Assembly (NCBI GenBank): GCA_003599235.1
Contig: QZJE01000013.1
Location: 540-64,539, forward strand
Direction of reading: 5' to 3'
DNA length: 64,000 nucleotides
DNA from: Actinomycetota bacterium
Lineage (GTDB): Bacteria; Actinomycetota; Aquicultoria; SURF-47
Numbering within the stretch: the stretch's first letter is position 1; the number at the start of each line of letters is the position of its first letter. Positions 57,646 through 64,000 of this stretch are shown here, one piece after another. The position numbers were made by a program, and so were the translations under genes. The notes below the pieces were generated by a model. That model was not told the DNA's origin. It ran no database searches and saw nothing but the letters and a program-made list of their open reading frames with translations.

Positions 57646-58887
57646 CTAAACCAGTTTTCCTTGACGCTTAAGTACGTTGGTAAAAGCCCGCATTATCCGG
57701 GGATCATATATCAAGCCCTGGTCTTTCTGCAATGCTGAGACTGCCTGCTTGGTATCTAGACGTTCCTCTAATTCTTCAGCATGAGTCATCTCGTCAAAGC
57801 GGCTGACAATGGAAATAATGCGAGAACCAAAAGGAAGCGGCTTGCTTACCCCCAACCCCACAAAAGGCTCATGGTGATACTTTACCAATTCCGCTGAGTC
57901 TTTAAGGTAATCCACATTGCTAATAATTTCGGCTCCAACTTTAGCATGCAGAGGCAAGCCTTCCTCAGATGGCAAATCCTCGGTGTCAAATAAAGTTTCT
58001 TTAGCGCTGTCATCAAAACCCAGCTGGCCAATATCGTGCAAGGACGCAGCATATCCTAACCTTTCTAAGTCCTTTCCAAACATGCCTAGTTCGCGGCCAA
58101 CATCGATGCTTAAGTTGGTAACCCTTTGAGCATGACCCTTTTTGCTTGGATCCCCCGCCTCGATTACCGAAGATAAAGCTGAGATAGTATCCTTATAAGT
58201 CCGTCTGATATTTAGCAGCAATTTAAAAGAGTGCCCGGCAACGAGCAGGGGAAGAGCAAATAAAAGATAACTCCATACATGCAGCTTGGAATACATTATA
58301 GCCATCAATAAACTGATAATAGCAAAGGTAGAATACATCGGGAAAAGCAGCCTTATAGTTCCGATATAGACCGGCAGAAAAGACACTCCTTTCTCCATCG
58401 AGAAAAAAAACTGGTTGAGCCCAATATCAAGAAGGAAAAAGACAGAAGAGCTGGCAACCGTTAAAGGCAAAATATACCAAAAAGAAATAGGTGCGTTTAC
58501 CTGACCGCCTAAGAAAGTAAATACCAACCAGGCAGCCGACATCGATAAAACAAATCGGCTCACAGTAAGCATGGGTTTAATAAAGTTTAATTTTTTTTCG
58601 AAAAAAAGCCTTTGCGCTAAAGCACCTACAAAAACTCCCAGTACCGCAAAGGAGTATGGCAAGATAAAAATTGAAGCTAATACAACAGCCGGGGCAATGG
58701 TAAGGCGTCCGCCTTGGGGAAAATCAATACTTAAGAAGCCGCATAAGAAGATTGCTACGGCTAGAGCTAGTGATTGAAAAATCAAAGCGTCTGAGCTTAA
58801 GCCCAACAGAGAGAAAACTAAAACAAATAATCCTAAACCAACTACCAGCACCCGGCTGATAGCTAATTTAGATCTGATTGCTAACAA
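57646..58887 (-). CDS. Membrane protein with C-terminal HD-type (degenerate HD-GYP-like) domain
   Basis: 413 aa. About eight TM segments, then GHAQRV...SLHDIGQLG...YHHEPFVGLG. Confidence 0.55.
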   Translation of the reverse strand: MLAIRSKLAISRVLVVGLGLFVLVFSLLGLSSDALIFQSLALAVAIFLCGFLSIDFPQGGRLTIAPAVVLASIFILPYSFAVLGVFVGALAQRLFFEKKLNFIKPMLTVSRFVLSMSAAWLVFTFLGGQVNAPISFWYILPLTVASSSVFFLLDIGLNQFFFSMEKGVSFLPVYIGTIRLLFPMYSTFAIISLLMAIMYSKLHVWSYLLFALPLLVAGHSFKLLLNIRRTYKDTISALSSVIEAGDPSKKGHAQRVTNLSIDVGRELGMFGKDLERLGYAASLHDIGQLGFDDSAKETLFDTEDLPSEEGLPLHAKVGAEIISNVDYLKDSAELVKYHHEPFVGLGVSKPLPFGSRIISIVSRFDEMTHAEELEERLDTKQAVSALQKDQGLIYDPRIMRAFTNVLKRQGKLV

Positions 58888-58888
58888 A

Positions 58889-59542
58889 TTACACCCCTAA
58901 AGAAAACTCAAGCTTTCTATTTAGAGCAGCCAGAACCGCTTTGACCACTGCTTGATTTTCATTATTAAGGACGATACAGCTTCCGCTGAAGTTAAGCTCT
59001 TTTTCTATGGTTAGGAGATTAAGACATACGGTGACTATTTTACGGTCGCCGGTAGATACTAAGCGAACATCCTCCAGGCTAATCCCTCCCGGTAAAGACC
59101 CAAGTTTATCAACAGCGTTGATGGTGGCTTGCCCCACCAAACGCAGCTTTGAACTGCTGGAAGCTACCCCTTGGCATAATCCTTCGTATTCTTTGGTCCC
59201 TGACTCTAATATTACATTGACTGTGGAGTGAATACCGGAGGTCTCAACATTTACAGATTTCAGTTTAGGACGGGGAAGAGGCTCATTTGCCTGCTCATCA
59301 CTGGTAATCTGGGCTATGCTGATTTTTCTGTAATCAACCCCTAGACCGTGTTTTACCATAACAGCCGACTCAATATCTCTGGCTAGGCTTTTAAGATTTT
59401 TTGGCGAGCTTGAGACAACATGAACTTCTGAGATATCATCAGATTCAGTTACAATGCGAGCAGCTTCTACACCATCTATCTGGCAAATCGTCGTTTCTAT
59501 CTCGTTAACCGGATGTCCTTTTACAATAAGTTCCATAACCAC
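58889..59542 (-). CDS. Hypothetical cytoplasmic protein
   Basis: 217 aa, no recognised motifs. Confidence 0.45.
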   Translation of the reverse strand: MVMELIVKGHPVNEIETTICQIDGVEAARIVTESDDISEVHVVSSSPKNLKSLARDIESAVMVKHGLGVDYRKISIAQITSDEQANEPLPRPKLKSVNVETSGIHSTVNVILESGTKEYEGLCQGVASSSSKLRLVGQATINAVDKLGSLPGGISLEDVRLVSTGDRKIVTVCLNLLTIEKELNFSGSCIVLNNENQAVVKAVLAALNRKLEFSLGV

Positions 59543-59595
59543 TCTAAGAAGTACTTAGTTACTTAGATGGTAAAGGATAAAGGGGTAGTAGTCAA

Positions 59596-60108
59596 CTACG
59601 GTTCTATCCAGCCGATGTCTTTATCTTTACGGTAATAGACAACGTTAATCTGGTCGGTATCAGCATTTTTGAAGATATAGAAATTGTGGCCCAATAGCTC
59701 CATATTAGTCACCGCTTCATTGGGAGTCATTGGTTCCATCTCATGATCGGTCTTAATTATCTGCCTTTGTAAAGTCTGAGAGTATTTATCAACATGGTTA
59801 CCATGGTGATTATGATGAACTTTCCCTTTATACTTTTCAATTTGCTTTTCTAGCTTACCTAAAACAATGTCTAAGGAAGCATGGATATCAATTGAAGAAG
59901 CGCTGGCTTTCATTACCGGACCATTGCTTATTACCCTTACATCAACCACTTGGTTGTCAGAAATACTAGGATTTTTCTCAACTGAACATTCCACTTCTAC
60001 GATGTCGGCTTGAGCAAAATGACGATGAATTTTTTGGGTTTTCTCTTCAATAAAAGTTCTAAGCTCGTCTGAGATTTCAATGTTTTTACCTTTGATTACT
60101 GTTTGCAT
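59596..60108 (-). CDS. hpf: Ribosome hibernation promoting factor (long HPF / RaiA family)
   Basis: 170 aa. N-terminal MQTVIKGKNIEISDELRTFIEEK..., C-terminal dimerisation extension. Located upstream of secA as in Firmicutes. Confidence 0.85.
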   Translation of the reverse strand: MQTVIKGKNIEISDELRTFIEEKTQKIHRHFAQADIVEVECSVEKNPSISDNQVVDVRVISNGPVMKASASSIDIHASLDIVLGKLEKQIEKYKGKVHHNHHGNHVDKYSQTLQRQIIKTDHEMEPMTPNEAVTNMELLGHNFYIFKNADTDQINVVYYRKDKDIGWIEP

Positions 60109-60192
60109 AAGAATTGTCCTTTCATAAATATATATTCCCTTTAAGCAGATTCATAAAATAATATCGGTAGATATGCTTGTTAACTAAAACTT

Positions 60193-61218
60193 TTATTTTC
60201 CGTGACAATTTTGACAAACTCCGCGATTATCTAATCTAAGTAGGGCGGAAAAACCAGGCCCTGAGCTAGGACTGCTTTTTGTGGGTTCAACTTGGGCCAT
60301 CACCGTCATATCAACCGAGGTCCCGTGAGCATAATGGCATGTTAAACACTGTATTTGATTATCGGGATCGCTGTTAGGGGTGGTGCCCGTAGCTTTATCT
60401 AACGGCAAAACAGTATCGTTATTTAGAGGATTTTGAAGCTTCCCGGTTTCATCAGTCATGTCTACGCCAACTCCGTGATGAAAGTTCTCGCCTTGAGTTG
60501 GCTCATTGTAGGTGGTATGGCATGATGCACACCAGCCCGACATTCCTTGACCGGCAGTAGTGGGTGTTTTATAAGGCTGGACACCGGTGTTGCCGGCAGC
60601 ATAAGCCGTATAGTTAGGCTGATAAGTGATAAAGGGCGGTTTTCCCTCGCGTGGCATAGTAATACTTTCAGAGCTAAATCCAGCTTCATTTGAGCTTACA
60701 AAACCAGCAACGTTCACCCCGTTAACTGAGTCTCTAAGAAGGCGGTAGTTTGAACTACCATCAGGATTGTGACAGGTAGAGCAGTTTATAACCATAGTTG
60801 TAGAGCCGCCAAACGGAACTGTGCTGGTTGCGCCATCAATAAGATGAGTTGAGGTTACCGCTTTGCCGCCTACCTGGATAAATCCGCCACCGTTTAAACT
60901 ACCACCAGAAATACCATTAAGAGTGCCGCGATAGACACCGCTTTCCACATCGCAATCAGCGCCTTCGACACTTACACCATGGCAAGTTACTAAACAAGTT
61001 TCATACTCGGCAATAGCATTGGTTTGCATAGAATAAACTGACGGAGCAGTTTCTACTCCTAGCTGCTGCTGTATGGGAACGTGCTGACGGTGGCATCCGG
61101 TGCAGGTATCGGCATTTTTCTCGAATGATTTATGTATACCAAAACCAGCCTGGGCAACAGGCACACAGGCACAAAACACAATAACTGCTGCCAGAATGAT
61201 AATTAAGCGTTTTGTCAT
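60193..61218 (-). CDS. Secreted multihaem c-type cytochrome (five CxxCH plus one CxxxCH)
   Basis: 341 aa. Signal peptide. Haem motifs CTGCH, CLVTCH, CSTCH, CASCH, CLTCH, CQNCH. Confidence 0.85.
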   Translation of the reverse strand: MTKRLIIILAAVIVFCACVPVAQAGFGIHKSFEKNADTCTGCHRQHVPIQQQLGVETAPSVYSMQTNAIAEYETCLVTCHGVSVEGADCDVESGVYRGTLNGISGGSLNGGGFIQVGGKAVTSTHLIDGATSTVPFGGSTTMVINCSTCHNPDGSSNYRLLRDSVNGVNVAGFVSSNEAGFSSESITMPREGKPPFITYQPNYTAYAAGNTGVQPYKTPTTAGQGMSGWCASCHTTYNEPTQGENFHHGVGVDMTDETGKLQNPLNNDTVLPLDKATGTTPNSDPDNQIQCLTCHYAHGTSVDMTVMAQVEPTKSSPSSGPGFSALLRLDNRGVCQNCHGK

Positions 61219-61278
61219 TTTAACACCTACTACTAACTATTATCTCACAAAATACAGTGTCTAACAAGACCACTGTGA

Positions 61279-61326
61279 GTAGGGGCACACGCAGGATAAT
61301 GGGCAACCACGGGGGGTTGCCCCTAC
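61279..61326 (+). repeat. REP element: GTAGGGGCACAC...GGGCAACCACGGGGGGTTGCCCCTAC
   Basis: GTAGGGG head and CCCCTAC tail form an outer inverted repeat; inner palindrome GGGCAACC/GGTTGCCC. About 110 nt upstream of the RAYT gene. Confidence 0.75.
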
Positions 61327-61391
61327 GACAATTGGTCAAAAATACCCCAATAATTAGGGTTATGTTGTTATCAAAATGTATTTATATTGTC

Positions 61392-61421
61392 GTAGGGGGC
61401 GTATTGCAATACGCCCCCTAC
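61392..61421 (+). repeat. REP element: perfect 30-bp palindrome GTAGGGGGCGTATTGCAATACGCCCCCTAC
   Basis: Reverse complement is identical to the sequence. Ends 14 nt before the RAYT ATG and immediately precedes its RBS AAGGGAG. Confidence 0.8.
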
Positions 61422-61434
61422 CTAAGGGAGATAA

Positions 61435-61992
61435 ATGTTACATAACAGACAATCGATTAGATTAAAAAAATACGATTATTCATTACCAGGAGCGTATTTT
61501 GTGACCGTTTGTACGCATCGTAGACAATTTACATTGGGACAAATTGTTAATGTAGGGGCAGGCCCCCGTGGTTGCCCACAAATGATATTAAATAATATTG
61601 GGCAAATGGTTGATAAAACATGGAATGAAATCCCCAATTATTATCATGATATAAATATTGATGTCTTTCAAATAATGCCCAACCATATTCATGGCATATT
61701 AATAATTGATAAATTAAATGTCCAGACATTATTTAATGGGCAACCACGGGGGGTTGCCCCTACAACAAGGAATTTGTCGTTATCCGATATTGTCCACAGA
61801 TTCAAATCAAAGACAACCAATGATTATTTTAAACAAACAAAACAAAATATTTTGTTGCCAATCAAATTGTGGCAACGTAATTATTACGAGCACATAATAA
61901 GAAGCGAAAAGGAATTACAGGAGACCAGAAAATACATTGCCGATAACCCAATTAATTGGAATATGGATAGGAATAATCCGAAAAATATGTAG
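61435..61992 (+). CDS. REP-associated tyrosine transposase (RAYT; IS200/IS605-like HuH Y1 transposase)
   Basis: 185 aa. YDYSLPGAYFVTVCTHRR N-terminus, HuH motif MPNHIHGIL, catalytic-Tyr region WQRNYYEHIIR. Flanked on both sides by GTAG-headed palindromes. TAG stop lies inside the head of the downstream REP. Confidence 0.8.
   Translation: MLHNRQSIRLKKYDYSLPGAYFVTVCTHRRQFTLGQIVNVGAGPRGCPQMILNNIGQMVDKTWNEIPNYYHDINIDVFQIMPNHIHGILIIDKLNVQTLFNGQPRGVAPTTRNLSLSDIVHRFKSKTTNDYFKQTKQNILLPIKLWQRNYYEHIIRSEKELQETRKYIADNPINWNMDRNNPKNM
61552..61577 (+). repeat. REP-like segment inside the RAYT coding sequence (GTAGGGGCAGGCCCCCGTGGTTGCCC)
   Basis: Shares GTAGGGGCAGGCCCC with the downstream REP at 61989. Encodes VGAGPRGCP in frame. 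Confidence 0.6.
61738..61763 (+). repeat. REP-like segment inside the RAYT coding sequence (GGGCAACCACGGGGGGTTGCCCCTAC)
   Basis: Identical 26-mer to the extragenic copy at 61301-61326; identity extends to 29 nt with the AAT prefix. Encodes GQPRGVAPT in frame. Confidence 0.7.
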
Positions 61993-62055
61993 GGGCAGGC
62001 CCCTGTGCCTGCCCAATATCATAAACATAGGGCAACCGCAGGGGGTTGCCCCTAC
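61989..62055 (+). repeat. Composite REP element: GTAGGGGCAGGCCCCTGTGCCTGCCC - 15 nt - GGGCAACCGCAGGGGGTTGCCCCTAC
   Basis: Two GC-rich arms with GTAG head and CTAC tail. Supplies the RAYT stop codon and ends 1 nt before the stop of the convergent 62057..62338 ORF. Confidence 0.75.
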
Positions 62056-62056
62056 A

Positions 62057-62338
62057 TTACGATTGTTGATCCTCGGCGGTTTCGGAGAGCTCGGAGGTTG
62101 TTTCTACTCCTCCTTCTGTTTCCCAGAGTTGCAGCACTTCCTGGACAGCGGTGGTATCCACCAGCGGATCTTCGCTGACTTTAAACCATTCATCGCCAGA
62201 GTAATTATCAAGGTCAAAGTTACTCATATCGATATAGTTTTCGTCGTCAACTATCATGATAACCTCATTAACAGGATTAAAAAAAGTTCCTCGCATCTGA
62301 GCAATATCATCGGTTGTAAAACTTCTGTCCTTAGCCAT
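62057..62338 (-). CDS. Hypothetical small acidic protein
   Basis: 93 aa, strongly acidic, no recognised motifs. Confidence 0.4.
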   Translation of the reverse strand: MAKDRSFTTDDIAQMRGTFFNPVNEVIMIVDDENYIDMSNFDLDNYSGDEWFKVSEDPLVDTTAVQEVLQLWETEGGVETTSELSETAEDQQS

Positions 62339-62425
62339 AACTCTCCTTCGTCTTGTAGTCTATATTCCCATTTACAGATGTTTAAACTGGCAAGCGGGTG
62401 AAATAATTCAATTGACACAAATAAC

Positions 62426-62449
62426 GTAGGGGAGGGTTTTAACCCTCCC
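62426..62449 (+). repeat. REP-like palindrome GTAGGGGAGGGTTTTAACCCTCCC
   Basis: GTAGGGG head; 9-bp stem GGGAGGGTT/AACCCTCCC. About 20 nt upstream of the RBS of the 62469 gene. Confidence 0.6.
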
Positions 62450-62468
62450 GCGTTGCCGACAAGGAGGC

Positions 62469-62876
62469 ATGATGGATACCAGACAATTTCTTAATAGGGT
62501 TAAAGATGAGGCGTCCCTTCCAGATGACCGGCAGGCTAAAAACATAACCGAAGCCGTCCTTACAACTCTACACTCACGCATTAAGGAAGGTGAGGCTGAT
62601 GATGTGGAAGCTACATTGCCCACTGAGATAAAAGAGTTATGGGAGGGCGACATCGGTCAAAAAATCACCAAACATTTAGGAGCGGTGGACAAGCTTAACA
62701 AAGGTCAATTTATTGCCAGGGTGCAAGACAAAGCCAGGATAGCCACCACGGAGGAAGCTGAGCAAAAGACTAAAGCGGTAATTAAAGTACTTAAGGAAGC
62801 AATCCCTGATGGAGAAGTAAAAGACTTAAGCGCCCAGTTGCCCGAGGACTTGAGGGATTTTGTTAAAGCAGCATAA
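62469..62876 (+). CDS. DUF2267-like conserved hypothetical protein
   Basis: 135 aa. RBS AAGGAGG. Pattern FLNRVKDEASLPDDRQAKNITEAVLTTLHSRI...AQLPEDLRDF recalled as typical of DUF2267. Confidence 0.6.
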   Translation: MMDTRQFLNRVKDEASLPDDRQAKNITEAVLTTLHSRIKEGEADDVEATLPTEIKELWEGDIGQKITKHLGAVDKLNKGQFIARVQDKARIATTEEAEQKTKAVIKVLKEAIPDGEVKDLSAQLPEDLRDFVKAA

Positions 62877-62910
62877 AAAAAGAGACGCCCGAAGGCGCCT
62901 CTTTTTTTTA
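62877..62910. terminator. Bidirectional rho-independent terminator
   Basis: A-run, then stem AGAGACGCC/GGCGCCTCT with one mismatch and a CGAA loop, then a T-run. Sits between convergent genes ending at 62876 (+) and 62928 (-). Confidence 0.65.
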
Positions 62911-62927
62911 TATTAACTAGCCTTGTA

Positions 62928-64000
62928 CTACTTTTCGTGACAGTCTTGACAAACGCCACGGTTAGGCTTACGCAGTATGGCTGTTGGTCCGTTAGCACCT
63001 GCAGTTTTAACATACTCTGCAGTTGTAGCAGGAACAGCAGTACTGGTACCGTGAGCATAGTGGCATGTTAAACAAACCATCCACTGATCTTTTTCAAGCT
63101 CTGTACCAGAATTAGCAGCCAGTGGTAAGTCATCACCATCGACGCTTAACTGAGCAGTGGTTGAAGTACCAGTCCGCTTATCCGTATATATTGTCCTCCA
63201 TTCAGAAAGAGCAATATTAACCGGATGACGGAAACGCTCAGCAGTTTCCCAAGCTTTGTCTGTGCCTGTCCTGGTCTTGTAACTACCTTGGCCAATAGAA
63301 CCACCGCCAGTATAAGGATCATCAGTTGTACCAGATCCTGTCTTAGCGGTTACGTTCTTGTATTTAACGTGGCAACGTTTTCCAGCGTCACCGCCTTTCC
63401 AACAAGAAGCAGAAATACCGGCGTTTACATCTGAATCGGTATGACCAGGAGTCGTACCATCATCAGGAATCCACTTACCTTTACCATACCTGTATTCAGT
63501 ATAGTTTGGTAGGTAGTTTGCTGTACCATAGCTGGCCTCACCAGAACCGATTTGAGGACCGGAGTCGTCATTATCGGTCTTTAACAGACGGTAGTTAGGC
63601 GTGCCATGCGGGTCGTGACAATCACCGCAAGTAAGCTTCCTAAGCTCCCTCAGGTCTGGATCGCCAGTAGCAGGTGGAGCATCAACGCTAGCAGAACTAC
63701 CACCCCAAGCGACATCAGAAGTAGTTTCCCCATCGATATCATGCTTAGAAGTAACAGCTACTCCAGCAAAGTTGGCAAAACCGCCGCCGTTTAAGTTCCC
63801 GTTATGGGTACCTAAAGGTGGGTTTGTTCCACCAGTTTGGGCAGTTTTACGCTTTTCGTTACGGCCGGAAAGATATTTACCGTCAGTAACGTTAGTGTCA
63901 GCCAGAGTGTTAGTATTGCCGTGGCAAGCTAAACAAAGAGCTGAATCACTGTTAGCAGCGCTAACGCCTGTTACGCCACCGTCAATAGGAGTAATAACAA
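62928..64000 (-). CDS. Multihaem c-type cytochrome, partial (N-terminus beyond window end); paralogue of 60193..61218
   Basis: Stop at 62928-62930 (rc TAG). C-terminus ...WMVCLTCHYAHGT...NRGVCQDCHEK parallels ...CLTCHYAHGT...NRGVCQNCHGK in the other cytochrome. Further CxxCH motifs (CGDCH, CLACH) upstream. Not in the ORF track because the start lies outside the window. Confidence 0.8.
   Translation of the reverse strand, partial: VITPIDGGVTGVSAANSDSALCLACHGNTNTLADTNVTDGKYLSGRNEKRKTAQTGGTNPPLGTHNGNLNGGGFANFAGVAVTSKHDIDGETTSDVAWGGSSASVDAPPATGDPDLRELRKLTCGDCHDPHGTPNYRLLKTDNDDSGPQIGSGEASYGTANYLPNYTEYRYGKGKWIPDDGTTPGHTDSDVNAGISASCWKGGDAGKRCHVKYKNVTAKTGSGTTDDPYTGGGSIGQGSYKTRTGTDKAWETAERFRHPVNIALSEWRTIYTDKRTGTSTTAQLSVDGDDLPLAANSGTELEKDQWMVCLTCHYAHGTSTAVPATTAEYVKTAGANGPTAILRKPNRGVCQDCHEK

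Larger units (their letters stand above)
61279..62055 (+). mobile_element. RAYT-REP module (REP cluster - RAYT gene - REP)
   Basis: One HuH tyrosine transposase gene bracketed by GTAG-headed palindromes of the same family. Further family members at 24001, 52352 and 62426. Confidence 0.7.

Noticed and set aside
61257-61445. 62-aa ORF spanning the two upstream REP elements
   Set aside because: Its reading frame is generated by the GC-rich palindromes and it has no RBS. The region is better explained as REP DNA.
61547-61729. 60-aa minus-strand ORF inside the RAYT gene
   Set aside because: Antisense to a motif-supported transposase gene; likely spurious.
1-64000. CRISPR arrays, rRNA and tRNA genes
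   Set aside because: No regularly spaced direct repeats of 24-40 nt with unique spacers. The intergenic regions are too short or too AT-rich, and no tRNA-like T-arm consensus was seen. Manual scanning can miss small RNAs, so this is not definitive.

Overview
Low-GC (about 40%) bacterial chromosomal segment, almost entirely minus-strand coding over the first 37 kb. A housekeeping backbone in Firmicutes-like order (lysS-mcsA-mcsB-clpC-radA-disA-PIN/TRAM-ispD-ispF-gltX-secG; hpf...secA-prfB; split transketolase-ftsE-ftsX-ctp-rnr) is interleaved with accessory material. The accessory content is: (1) a giant surface gene of more than 8.7 kb with YD/RHS-type repeats that runs off the window and is start/stop-coupled to a PKD-repeat surface protein gene; (2) a 1350-aa FN3-like surface protein sharing a basic C-terminal module with the PKD protein; (3) an acyl-CoA ligase / alpha-oxoamine synthase / B12-radical-SAM cluster; (4) a hicB-hicA toxin-antitoxin pair; (5) two 7TM-GAF sensors with opposite c-di-GMP outputs (HD-GYP and GGDEF); (6) a REP-associated tyrosine transposase (RAYT) flanked by GTAG-headed palindromic REP elements, with REP-like copies inside its own reading frame and at two distant intergenic sites; (7) two paralogous multihaem c-type cytochromes; (8) a recurrent class of heptanucleotide tandem repeats at gene boundaries. 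prfB needs a +1 programmed frameshift that the ORF track misses. No rRNA, tRNA or CRISPR array was found by eye. All product calls rest on motif recognition from the translations, not on database searches. I could not single out one clearly undescribed system; the strongest candidates are the giant-gene operon, the RAYT/REP locus and the heptamer repeat family.
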